The notes under the pieces: model-generated
What the model was told of the DNA's origin: nothing
Seen by the model: only the letters and a program-made list of their open reading frames with translations
The model's database searches: none
Position numbers and translations under genes: made by a program
Shown here: piece by piece, positions 35,516-48,589 of the stretch
Position numbering within the stretch: the stretch's first letter is position 1
Layout: every line of letters begins with the position of its first letter
Assembly (NCBI GenBank): GCA_963514005.1
Contig: OY740802.1
Span: 25,668,001 to 25,732,000 of the forward strand
Direction: 5' to 3'
Length of the DNA: 64,000 nucleotides
Origin: Raja brachyura
Taxonomy: Eukaryota

Positions 35516-35569
35516 TGCAACTGGGAGGGAGCTGGAGGTGTCAGTTGCTTGGTGCAAAGGCCGGTAGAT

Positions 35570-35671
35570 GGAAACTCCGGGATTGAAACGCAGAACAGCG
35601 AAGGGAATGCTGACGAAGAAGACACTTCAGGACCAAAATGCTATTATGACAAAACCAAATCATTTTTTGAC
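35570..35671 (+). pseudogene. LSM14 (RAP55)-like gene fragment, FFD-box region
   Basis: Translates as [34 protein letters not shown], versus recalled LSM14[35 protein letters not shown]. Isolated, and followed on the 3' side by a SINE. Confidence 0.8.
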
Positions 35672-35959
35672 ATTCTGTTAACTCACTTTCCCTACACATT
35701 AGGTGCAATTTTCCAATTAACCTACAAACCTGTACATGTTTGGGAAGTGGGAAGAAACTGGAGCATCCGGAGAAAACCCACGTGGTCGCAGGGAGAATGT
35801 GCAAACTCCACACTGACAGCACCCGAGGTTAGGATTGAGCCCGGGTGTTGGGCGCTGCAAGCCAGCGGCTCTACCAACAAAAGCTTTTCTCTGTAGCTCG
35901 GTACACGTGATAGAAAACTAAACTAAACTGCGCCAATCTACATTGGGAAATCACCCTGG

Positions 35960-36266
35960 TTCAGTTTAGACTTTAGAGATACAGTACAAAAACAGGCCCT
36001 TCAGCCCACCAAGTCCATCCTCACCAGCGATCACCCCGTACACCAGCACTATTCTACACACTAGGGGCAATTTACAATTTTGTTTTACAGAAGCCAATTA
36101 ACCTACAAACCTGTACGTCTTTGAAGTGTGGGAGGAAATCGGAACACCCAGTGAAATCCCACGCAGATACAGGGAGAACATGCAAACTCCATACAGACAG
36201 CACCCGTAGTCAGGATCGAACCCGGGTCTCTGGCGCTGGAAGGCAGCAACTCCACCACTGCGCGGC
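35960..36266 (-). mobile_element. HE1-like V-SINE, near full-length
   Basis: The reverse strand shows A-box gcgcagtggtggag, B-box gggttcgatcc, the V-domain and a ctctaaagtctaaact tail. Confidence 0.88.
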
Positions 36267-37522
36267 CTCAGATCAAAAGTTAATGTGAGTATTCAAGGGT
36301 TGCATTGCTTCATTACTCAATCCTGATTTGCCAGACTTCATTGCTCAATCATTAATGCTGATAAGGCCAAGGATGTGAAAATGCATCCAGCAACTGAGTT
36401 GTGCAATACACTGATGTTCATGGGCTGTATTCCCTTCCATGGAAGTTAATCCAAGCAAACTTCAGAAGCAGAAGACAATATGCACGTTTAGCAACAATTT
36501 CTACTCGCAGGTTTCTCTGGACTTCTTGCACCATTCAGTCATCTGTCCGTGGCCATCAGCCCGGCGCCTGCAGTGCTCAAATATTGTTCTTACCCCGTGA
36601 TGGCTTAAAATGTCTGAGAGACACAACACACTAAACAGTGTGTAGAAAGGAACTGCATATGCTGGTTTATACCAAAGATAGACACAGAGCACTGGAGTAA
36701 CTCAGTGGGTCATGCAGCATCTCTGGAGAAAAAGGATGGGTCCCGGCCCCAATTTGTTCTCATCTTGTCCTACCTCCAGTTCCCTTTCCTTTACTTTCAG
36801 TCTGAAGAAAGGTTCTGACCTGAAACATTACCCATCCTATTTCTCCAGAGATGCTGCCTGACCCGCTGAGTTACTCCAGCACTTTGTGTCTATCTCGGTG
36901 CACACTAAACAAGGTTTAAGTCTAGCTTTTTTTTGTCATGAACTGGTGCCAATGACAATACTGGTGTAAGGTTTGAAGGTAACTCAGTCACTGCCTTTCT
37001 GACTTATGTCGGTAATAAAAAGGTTTCTGTGCCGAGTTTCTGTGTGTATGTATAGTCACGCATACCTCCACATTCAGTGACAGATTCTTCCCAGCTGTAC
37101 TGAGGCAACTGAACCGTCCTCTCACCAGCTAGAGAGCGGTTCCGACGTACCTTCTGCCTCATTGGAGATCCTCGGACTATCTTTAATGGGACTTTGTCTT
37201 GTACTAAATGTTATTCCCTTTATCGTGTATCTGCACACAGCGGGCGGCTCGATTATAATCATGTATAATCTTTCCACTGTCTGGCTAGTACACAACAAAA
37301 AGCTTTTCACTGTACCTCGGTACACGCGACAATAAACTTAACTAAACAAGTCTGAAATAAGAGTAAATGCCGGGAAAATGTAAGGACAATGCTTCAAAAC
37401 ATTAGCATCCTCTCCCCCCAACCCTCTACACATTGTGCCTGACAGGCCGATATCTTTGGCCAAGTATTGCAAGAATTGGGATTAGTTTTTTGTCTACAAT
37501 TTCCTAGTCTCTAGCACCTACA

Positions 37523-37876
37523 NNNNNNNNNNNNNNNNNNNNNNNNNNNNNNNNNNNNNNNNNNNNNNNNNNNNNNNNNNNNNNNNNNNNNNNNNNNNNN
37601 NNNNNNNNNNNNNNNNNNNNNNNNNNNNNNNNNNNNNNNNNNNNNNNNNNNNNNNNNNNNNNNNNNNNNNNNNNNNNNNNNNNNNNNNNNNNNNNNNNNN
37701 NNNNNNNNNNNNNNNNNNNNNNNNNNNNNNNNNNNNNNNNNNNNNNNNNNNNNNNNNNNNNNNNNNNNNNNNNNNNNNNNNNNNNNNNNNNNNNNNNNNN
37801 NNNNNNNNNNNNNNNNNNNNNNNNNNNNNNNNNNNNNNNNNNNNNNNNNNNNNNNNNNNNNNNNNNNNNNNNNNNN
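37523..37876. other. Assembly gap
   Basis: Run of N. Confidence 0.99.
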
Positions 37877-39875
37877 CACTTGCATGAAAAGTTGCCGCCT
37901 GACATCACCTCTACATGACTTAAGGCTTCATCCCAGAGCTCTGTAAAATACCCAACCTCAAAGCTGATGATCTCATGGACCCGGGGGAAACTGGTTTGAA
38001 AATTTACGAGCTAGGGTAAAAAACAAATCAAATTAATTCAGCCAGGCACACTTCTGTGGTTATTGCCAGCGAACAATAAAATCCAAGAGGTGTATTTTAT
38101 TTGTGGAGCGAATGTCAGGTAGATGACAGGGTCTGGTCATTCTCTTTACATGCATTTGCAAATAAGTACTTATAGCAGTCTATAATCAGCATGCAATGCC
38201 ATATTTAATCATACAATGTGAATTCTCCTTTTGAGTCTGTTTTGCAAATTCTTCGATATTCTGCGTAGAATCAGAAAATTTTGGTCTTGACAGTTTATTG
38301 TCACATGTACCAAGATGTAGTGAAACTATTTATTTTGCATGCTATCACTGGAGATCATACCATTATACATCACGGTAGTGCAAAAGAGAAAAGGAAACAG
38401 TGCAGAATATTGTGTTATAGTTCCATTGAGAATGTGCAGTTTAGACAAGTGCAAAGATGAGGGGGGGAAGGACAGGGGAGTTTGGGATTACACTCTTGGC
38501 GTATGAGATGTCTGTTTAAGAGTTTGATATCCACAGGGAAGGAGCTGTTCTTGAATCTGGCGGTACGTGCTTCCAAGCCTTTGTATTTCCTACACGACAG
38601 GAATTTAGTTTAGTTTGCTTTAGAGATACAGAGCGGAAACAGGCCCTTCAGCCCACCGAGTCCACGCTGACCAGCGATCACCCTATACACTAGCTCTATC
38701 CTATACACTAATGACTATTTTTTTAAACTTTTACCAAAGCTAAATTAACCTACAAACCTGCACGTCTTTGGAGTATGGGGAGGAAAGCGGAGCACCCGGG
38801 GAAAACCCACGCGTTCACGGGGAGAACGTATAACCTCTGTGCAGACAGCACCCGTAGTCAGGATCAAACCAAGGTCTCTGCCCGTGTAAAACAACAACTC
38901 TACTGCTGCGCTACCATGGCACCCTCTAAGGAGAGAGGGGAAAAGAGAGGATGATCGGGGTGTGAGTGGCCCTTGATTATGTTGGCTGCTTTCCTGAAGC
39001 AGCATGAAGTTAGATGGGGGGAAGACTGGGCTGTGTGATGGACTGGCTACATCTACAACTCTTTACAATTCCTTGCGGTCTTGAGCAGGGCTGTTGGGCT
39101 TCAGCAAGCCAAGCTCCGGTGCATGCCCATGGTGTGCTTTCTTTGGTGCACCGGAAGAAGTTGGTAAGAGTCGTTGGAGACATGCCCATATTTCCTTAGC
39201 CTTTTGTGGAAGTAGAGGGGATGGTGTGCCTTAGTAGAGGAAGTAGAGGGGATTGCGTCAATGTGGTCGGATTAGTAAGTCATTGGTGATATCTGCACAA
39301 AGGAACTCAAAGTTCTCCACCTCGGCAACACCAATGCAGACTGGGGCTGACCTCATCCATATTTCAGTAAAAAATCAGTTCCTTCATTTTGATGACATTG
39401 AGGGCGAGGTTGTTATCTTTACTCCATGCTACTAAACTCTCAATCTTCTTCCTCCACTGTGTGTCATCATTACTTGAGATCTGGCGCAGTAGGGTGGTGA
39501 CTTCAGCCAACTTGTAAGTTGAGTTAGAGCAAAATATGGCTTGTTTAGGGTGGCAATAACGAGTGTATAGGGTGCATAATAAGGGGTCAAGAACGCTGCC
39601 TTTCTGGGCTCAGAGGTTGAGATTTATCGTGGAGATTGCTTTGTTGCTTGTACTTACTGATTGTGACCTATGAACCATTCAAAAATGCAGCTGTGGAGGG
39701 GAGTACTGAGACCTAGATCCAGGTCTAAATTCATAAGCTGTAGGATAGAAATTAGGCCATTCGGCCCATAAAGTCTACTCTGATATTTAATCATAGCTGA
39801 TCTATCTTTCCCTCTCAACCCCATTCTCCAGTCTCCTCCCCATAACCCCTGATGCTTTCTTAATCAAGATTCTGT

Positions 39876-40011
39876 GGTAGGGGATTGGAACCTTCACGTG
39901 GTCCGCTCGGTTTCAAGGAATGCAATCAACCTGGCGTGCACAATCTAATAAGATCAAATAGAACAAGTTGTCCTACAACTTTAGGCTGTGCACGCCATAC
40001 GCAAGAAGAAG
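39876..40011 (+). mobile_element. Short non-LTR retroposon with (GAA)n tail and 14-bp TSD
   Basis: TSD aatcaagattctgt / aatcaagaatctgt. A second copy lies at 50497-50641 on the minus strand. Confidence 0.75.
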
Positions 40012-40848
40012 AATCAAGAATCTGTTAAACTACGCCTTAAAAATAACCATTGACGGCCTCCACAGCCATCTGTGGCAATGAATTCCACAGATTCACCAGT
40101 CGGACTAAAGAAATTCCTCCTCAACTTCTTTCTAAAGGTACGTCCCTTCATTCTGAGGCTATGGCCTCTGGTCCTCTACTCTCCCACTGATGAAAACATC
40201 CTCTCCACGTTGACTCTATCCAGGCCTTTCGCTATTTGGTAAGTTTTAAAGACTCCCCCTCATCCAGCGAGTACAGGCCCAGTGCTTTCAAATGCTCATC
40301 GTATGTTTACCCAATCATTCCTGGGATCATTCTCGTAAATGCCCTCTGGACATTCTCCAACGCTAGCACATCCTTCCTCAGATATCGTGTCCAAAATTGC
40401 TCACAATACTCCAAATACTCTCTGGCCAGTGCCTCATAAAGCCTCAGCATTACGTCTCGTAATAAATGCATTCACCTTCCTTACTAACGTTTCAACTTGC
40501 AAATTGTGGGAATCCTGCACCAGCACTCCCAAGTCCTATTGCACCTCTGATTTCTGAATTCTCCCCCCATTTAAAAAATAGTCTATGCCTTTAGTCCTAC
40601 TACCAAAATGCATGACTCCGCACTTTCCAATGCTTAATTCCATCTGCCACTTCTCAGCCCACTCTGTTAACCTGTCCAAGTCCTTCTGCAGAGCCCCTGC
40701 TTTCTCTACACCACCTGCCCTTCACCTATATTCGTATCATCAGCAAACACTTTACCCTCCACCCCCTACTTTCAGTCTGCCTGAGCCGCTGAGTTACCCC
40801 AGCACTTTGTGGCTACAGTTAGATTGACCTCTGGCATGCAGCCCTTAA

Positions 40849-41421
40849 AGGGCCTGTCCCACCAGCATGCAACTCTATGCGATGAACGCGATCAAACTAG
40901 AAGCGGGGGCCGCGCGGAGGTCGGGTGATCCCCTGTACAGGGCCGTTCCCACCAGCATGCGCCTGCATGCGGCAAGCGCAACCAAACCGGCAGTAGGGGC
41001 CGCGCGGAGGTCGGGTGAGTGGCGCAACACGGCGCAAAGTGAGGAGAACTTGGAGCGAAGTCTAAGGTAAGTTCGCCAGGACAGAGAGGGGCACACAGAG
41101 AGGGCACAGAGGCACACAAACAGGGCCACGGAGCCTCACACATAGAGGGTCACGGAGGCACCCACAGATAGGTTCACGGAGGCACGATGTCGGGGCGGTG
41201 TGTAAACGTTAAGGCGACTGCGAGCCGACAAGCCGTTGCCACGTGGAATTTTTGGACATAGTCAGTTTTTCGGAGCCCCGCGCGGTGTCGGGACGAACTC
41301 CGCACAATTCCGCACGGCTCCGGCGATCGAAGTGGGACCGGCCCCGCGACGCCGGACGGCTCAAGCAACCACGTTAGGTCGCGCTAATCGCATAGAGTTG
41401 CATGCTGGTGGGACAGGCCCT
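40849..41421. mobile_element. PIF/Harbinger-type MITE with perfect 35-bp TIRs and TAA TSD
   Basis: taa|agggcctgtcccaccagcatgcaactctatgcgat ... atcgcatagagttgcatgctggtgggacaggccct|taa. Confidence 0.85.
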
Positions 41422-44400
41422 TAACACTCTCACTGATGGAGCCTGTGTCAGCAGTTGCATGCTCACTTAGATTGACCACGGAGTCTTTGAATATGGGCCA
41501 GTCCACCAACACCAAGCAGTCATGAAGAAGCTGATGGACCCAGATGGTCTATGCTGCACCTGAGCTTCCTTGTGTAACATCAACATATCCATGGATCTTT
41601 CTGTGGAAAGCCACATCCATTTCCCTCTTAAAACACCTCCAACGTGCCCATCATCTCATTCATGCTGCAGGAAAGTCTACATTCCAACTTTTGAGACAAA
41701 GAAGAAAAATTAGATTGAAAAAAGGTCCCAACGTGAAGCGTCACCTGGCCATTCCCTCCACAGATACTGCCTGACCTGCAGAGATTGTCCAGCACTTGGT
41801 GTTTTGCTCTAGCCTTGTGTCTTTCAGGTAAAAAATGTTCCCTTTAATTTTTGACCATCATGGCCTTTCTCGCAAATGGTACAACCTTTGATATATTGAT
41901 TGAAGTGACTGAAAGATTGATTGAAAGAAAAGTACAGCAAGGAAACAGGCTCTGGACCACTCTGCCATCATGAGAGGAATAGATCAGGTAGATGTACAGA
42001 GCCTTTTATCCAGAATAGGGGAATCGGCAGCCTGAGGACACAGGTTTAAGGTGAGGGGGAAACGGTCTAATAGGAACCTGAGAGGCAAATGTTTTTATAC
42101 AAAGGGTGGTAGGTATTTGCCAGAGGAGACAGTTGAGGCAGGTACGATCACAAGGTTTAAGAACTTAAACGATGAGGAGTGGCACAGTGGCAGAGTTGCT
42201 GCCTGTCCGAGAGTCAGGTTCGATCCTGACTATGGCTGCTGTCTGTACGGAGTTTGCATGTTCTCCTTGCGAGGGTTTTCTCTGGGTGATCCAGTTTCTT
42301 CCCACATTCCAAAGACGTGCAAGTCTTTAGGTTAATTGGCTTTTGTAAAATTGTCCGTAGAGTGTGTAGGAGTGTTTGTGTATGGGGATCGCTGGCTGGT
42401 GGGCTGAATGGCCTGCTTCTATGTTGTATGTCTAAAATGTCTAAACATTTAGACAGGTAGATAGATAAGATAGGATAGGTTTATAGGGATATGGGCCAAC
42501 TTCAGGCAGGTGGGACTAGTGTAGATGGGGCATGTTGATCAGCATGGCAAGTTGGGCTGTAGGGCTTGTTTGCATGGTGTGACTCAATGAATCAGTTTGT
42601 GTCCATTTTTGTAAATAAGGGACAGCAACATTGACAATAAAGCAAGCCATTGATAAAGAGTGGAGTGAGGGGTGGGGGGCATATGTGTTGGAAGGAACTG
42701 CAGATGCTGGTTTACACCAAAGATAGACACAAAATGCTGGAGTTACTCAGTGGATCAGGCGGCATCTCTGGAGGAAAGAAATAGGTGATGTTTCAGGTCG
42801 AGACCCTTCATTAGACTGGATATCTCTACCCCGCACCATCAAGTAAACTGCTTTGTAGAAGTGAACACACCACCACCACAGGCTTGCAGAAAGACGCTCT
42901 GAGGCAGATTTAAAACTGAACACCACATAATGGCAAGGCTGCATGAGGTCGCTGGCAAAGGAGTCAGCAGTGGCGAAGGAACCGCTAACACTCAAAGTTT
43001 AATTTGGACCAGCTTATTTGGTTTGCATTTCACAGACCATATTTCAGAATGCTCCGGTATTACTGAAGGGCCCCTATTGTGCTGCCATATTTGAACCAGG
43101 CACTTAAAAGAACGCAAGCTAGTTGAACTGACCTGCATTTTCAGGGAGGACAACTAATCATAGAGAATGCTTTCATGGAAAACTGGCTCCTGTTTTATAA
43201 CTTCTCTTTGCATTCTAGTCAGCCCTGCACAGATGCCAGCCGACAATTTGAATCAAGTTTAAATATTTCCTTAGATCGGAGATTAGAAAGGGTTGTTTGA
43301 AAAGGTGGATGTGGGATCCCACAAAATAATTTTCGGAGGGAGTTGGATGGGTAATGTTGAACAATGATTTACAGGATGTGGAGAAAGGAACTGCAAATGC
43401 TGATTTATAACAAAGTTAGACACAAAGTGCTGGAGTAACTCAGCGGGTCAGGCAGCATCTTTGGAGAAAAAGGATGGGTGACATTTTGGGTTGGGACCCT
43501 GCTTCAGAGTGATGCTGTTATAGGATAAATGGGCAAAAGCAGAGAAGTTGCACGAGTGTGATTGCTGTCAAACATGCGGTGGTGATGGCACAATGGTCTG
43601 AATGGCAATTTTTTTAGAGCCGTTGCCTCACAGCGCCAGAGACCTGGGTTCAATCCTGACCTCGGGTGCTGTCTGTCTGTGTGGAGTTCGTATGTTCTCC
43701 ATGTGACCGCGTGCATTTCCTCCAGCTGCTCTGATTTTCTCCCACATGCCAAAGATGTGCGGGTTTGTAAATTAGACTTTAGAGATACAGCGTGGAAACA
43801 GGCCCTTCGGCCCACCGAGTCCGCTCCGACCACGATCACCCCATACACTAGCACTAGCACTATCCTTCACGCTAGGGATGTGGTCACAGGGAGAACGTAC
43901 AAACTCCGTACAGACAGCACCCATAGTCAGGATTGAACCCGGGTCAAACCCGGGCACTGAAAGGCAGTAACTCTACCGCTGCGCCACTGTATCATTCATC
44001 ACACAGGCTACTGTTTATTTAATCATCTCTGCACGTCGCCTCAAACAAACCAAAGGGTTGATTTTCCACAGTGGCATTGGCTGCAGTACAATTAGGGTAA
44101 GAATGGTTGATAGTTGACGTGGACTCTTGACTAGTTCTATGCTGTACCTCACAATGTTATCAAAAGCGTTGAAAGTATTTTGGTGCCATTCATTCATGGA
44201 TTGTAGAGTCATACAGCATGGAATAGGCTCTTCAGTGCAACTCTTCCATGCCAACCAAAATGCCTGATCTAAGCTCATCCCATTTGGCTGCGTTTGGCCC
44301 ATACATCCCTCTAAACCTTTCCTGTGCATGTACCTGTCCATGAGTTTTTTTACACCTCTATAAGATCACACATTAGCCTCCTGTGCTCCAAGGAATAAAA

Positions 44401-47377
44401 TGCCAGCTTTCCCTACAGCTCAGGCCCTCGAGTCTTGGCAACATCTTATTGACACAGAGCGGCGCACTATTCTTTATCAAATAAAGATGGAATTTATAAA
44501 TTGAAGACATGTACTCCAAAGAGTCGATTGCAAAAATTACAAAGTTGGTTTTTGGTAAGTTGAGGAATATCTGTAAAAGAAAAGGTCACAAAGTGCTGGA
44601 GTTACTTGGGTCAGGCAGCATCTCTGGGGAACATGGATTGGCAAAGTTTCAGGTAGGGACTCTTCTCCAGTCTAAAGACTTACCAGGCTTTGTCCCCCCC
44701 CCCCCCCGACCTCCACCCACCTCTTTCTAGCTTTCTCATCCTCGACCACAATCAGCCTGAAGAAAGTCCCAACCCGAAACGTCACCTATCCATATCCTCC
44801 AGAGATGCTGCCTGACCTGCTGAGTCAGTCCAGCACTTTGTGTCCTTTTGTGTAAACCAGCATCTGTTGTTCCTTGTGTCAACATGAGGAATATCAGTAC
44901 ACATGTTTAATTTTACCTGGGTTTTATCAATTCCCAGATTTATCATGAAATTACTTCCATGTTGGGGAGATTTGTCAGATATCTCTTTGAAATGAAGCAA
45001 GCTACGAGTATTTAGAGCAGAAGAGTGACCTTTTGTGCACTGGTTCCAGTCCCCAAGTTGACTGCTCAGAGAGAACAAACCCTTCATTCAGCTGCAGAGA
45101 GTTGCTGGGTTTTACACTTGTGCTTGCCAGCTTGTGAGGGTGCCTCTCTCTGCCTTCAGCGCACTGACTGGGCAAAGGTGGAAACGCCCGGCCAAAACCT
45201 GACAACTTTCTGACCGGCAGAAGTATATAAAATTACAAGATGCATGGATAGGCTAGTCAGTCAGAACCCCTTTCCCTGGGTGGAAATATCAAAGACTAGA
45301 GGACATTGCTTTAAGGTAAAAGGAGCAAAATTTAAAGGAGATGCACGAGGCCATTTAAAAAAAAAGTAGAAAGTAGTAGTTGCTGGGTGTGGTGGTGGAG
45401 GCAGATACAATAGTGGTGCTTAAGAGGCGTTTAGATAGGCACATGGATCTGCAGGAATGGAGGAATCTGGATCATATGCAGGCAGAGGTGATCAGTGTAG
45501 CTTGGCATCATGTCCGACACGGATATTGTGGGCTGAAGGGCCTGCTCCTGTGGACAGGACATGGAGAATACATCTTGCCTACAAGCAGCTGTCCAAGATA
45601 AATAAGCCCTGAAAATGAACATTCATGAGGCTATCAACAAAGGAATAAGAAATCAGGCTTGGCAGTTTGGATTTGTATCTCTTAAGAGTTTAGAAGAATA
45701 AGGCGTAATCTTATTCAAGCACATAAGAGTACAAGATTCTTGTATCCACAGATACAAGAAACTGCAGATTCTGGTTTACAAAAACAGTGGCAAAGTGTGG
45801 GAGTAACTCAGCGGATCAGGCAGCATCTCTGGAGAGTCTGGCTAGCTGCTGTTTCAGATCAGAACACATTTCAGTCTGTAGAAGGGTCCGGACCCGAAAC
45901 GTCGCCTGTCCATGTTCTCCAGACATGCTGCCCGACCCGCTGAGTTACTCCAGCAGTTAAGGGTGCAGAAAAGATTTACAAGGGAAAGGTTGAGCCGGGT
46001 AGGACTTTATTCGACGGAGTGCAGGTTTGCAAAAAGGCACAACATTCTGAAGTGAGTCAGGCAGCATCTCTGGAGAACATGGATAGGCGGTTTCAGGTCA
46101 TGATCCTAGTTCACTTTGCTCCCTGTCTCTTCCCTCTGCCCCACCTGGATGCGCGCCCATTTCTCCCTTCCCCTCGTTTACCACCTATATTTCTTCCTCT
46201 GGCTGCAAATTTCACGCTTTTTCTAGCCTTATCTCCTTATCTCCTATATTTTGTCTTTTCATATCAGGCCTTTGTCCAACCATCTGCTAATCAAATCGCC
46301 CCTGACCTGTATCCGCCTATCAGTTGTGTGGGAAGGAACTGCAGATGGTGGTTCAAACTGAAGATGGATACAAAATGCTGGAATAACTCAGCAGGCCAGG
46401 CAGCATCTCTGGGTTACGGGTGAAGAATGATCTCGACCCGAAACATCACCCATTCCTTCTCGCCAGAGTTGCTGCCTGTCTTGCTGAGTTTTTCCAGCAT
46501 CTTTTGTCTATTTTCCACCTATCAGTTGCCAAACCGCATCTTGCCCCTCCTGTCTTCCAGCTTTCTCCTCTCCACTACAATCAATCTGAAGATGGGTCCT
46601 GACCCAAAACACCTATCCATGTCCTCCAGAGATGCTGGTGGACCCGCTGAGTTACTCCAGTACTTTGTTGATGCTGGCGTACACAGGAAATACATAGTGA
46701 CACAGCCCGAAAGCTGCTGCGTTACAGCACCAGAGACCCGGGTTTGATCCTCACCATGGCTTTCAACGTTTGCACTGCTACTGCTCGGGTTTGCATCGGT
46801 TTCCTGCCACATTCCAAAGACCTGCAGGTTTGTATGTTTATTGGCTTTGTTAAAAATTGTCCTTCGTGTGTGTAGGATAGAACCAGTGTACGGGTGATTG
46901 CTGGTCGGGGCGGACACCGAGGGCCAAAGGCCCTGCTTCCACGCTGCATCTTAAACTAAACTAACTAAACAAGCTTTCAAATAAAGGAATAAAAGGACAT
47001 ACCTTTAGAAAGGAGACGGGAGGAATTTCTTTAGTCCGAGAGAGGCGAATCTGAGAAGTTTATTGCCACAGACTCTTGATTTATACGGGTCAGGTGTTTA
47101 TAGGGAGAAGGCAGGAGAATACGGTTGAGAAGGAAAGATAGATCAGCCATGATTGAATGGTGGAGTAGGCTTGATGGGCCAAATGACCTAATTCTGCTCA
47201 CAGAGCTCATGAAATTATGAACAAATGCAGGACGGGATCCCAACGTCCATTGTCAATTATTTTCTTGATTAATTTCACACTGGTTCGCATGAACTGCGTA
47301 CTCTGAGGTGTCATGCGATGCTTCTTATACATCTGTTATACATCAGGAGAAACCATCTTGCAGAATTGCTGACTTAC

Positions 47378-47486
47378 CCTCATTACTTTGCCCCGTTGCT
47401 CCAGGTCTTCCCACATAGAGTGCACAATGTACTTGCACATATACTTGCCCTCTCGGCCTTCCTGCTTCATGCGTACCAACGACATC
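47378..47486 (-). CDS. UQCC1: UQCC1 coding exon ((W)MSLVRMKQEGREGKYMCKYIVHSMWEDLEQRGKVMR)
   Basis: 109 nt, phase 2/0. Acceptor tgttgtgcttgcag|G and donor AGG|gtaagt. Matches the recalled LVRMKQEGR.GKYMC..IVH.MWED..QRG.VM. No upstream exons were found within the window. Confidence 0.96.
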
Positions 47487-48589
47487 CTGCAAGCACAACA
47501 GCAAAGTTTGACTCATCGGCACATCTATCATCCTCCCATCTCCGTCAATCCTTCTTCTCCCTGCTCCTGTCCGGCAGAAGGTACAGAAGCTTAAAAGCAC
47601 GCACGACCGGACTTGGGAACAGCTTAGAGCCGCAGTGTCATACAGTGTGGAAACACTTGTGGCCTTCAGTCCAACTTGCCTACGCCAACCAACATGCCCC
47701 ATCTACACTTGTCCCACCTGCCTGTGTTTGGCCCTCTAAACTTGTCCAAATGTTTCTTAAACATTGTGATAGTACCTGCCTCAACTATCTCCTCTGGCAA
47801 CTCGTTCCAAACACCTACCACCCTTTGTGGACTAGTGTAGATGGGGCATGTTAGTCGGCGAGGGCAAGTTGTGCCGAAGGGCCTGTTCCAAGCTGCATGA
47901 CACTAAGACTCCATCCTATCGTATACACGGCCCCAGGATGCCCATTCACAAATGTAGTTAAATACACAGGTAAAGATGCAAAGAGGATGGGGGAAGATCT
48001 TGATCGATCTGAGTTTCTTGAATGAAATCTCATCATGAAGTGGGGCATTTCACAGCACAGGAGAGACCTTGCACACCTCGGGACCCCTTTCCATTGAACC
48101 TAGCAGTCTCAGCATTGCCACGCTCTCCGGGGACCCAGGTCCGTGGCACACAGCGGCCAGCCAAACTGCCTGCACTTGGGATTTCTCAGCCAGTTTTTTA
48201 TGTAACTACCTGCATAATGTAACACCTCATTTACTAATTTGAAGCTGCAACTGGGAACTTGCAGACAGTGACTTCACAATCTGGAGCATTCACCTGCGGA
48301 ACCAGCCCCCGTAGTGCGTCCATGACCTCACTCCCACATTCAGTGTTACATGATGTCACCATTCAGAGCCCATATTTCACGAATGGCTCACACTAACATG
48401 CCTGCGGTGCCCGTGTTGACAGAGTTTATACTTTAAAGTAAAGGAAACAGCACCATTTATGATGGGCACAAAATGCTGGAGTAATTCAGCGGGTCAGGTA
48501 GTGTCCCTGGAGAAAAGGAATAGGTAACGTTTTGGGTTAGAACCCTTCGTCAGACTTTCCAATCTCAAAACGTCACATTTTCCTTTTTT

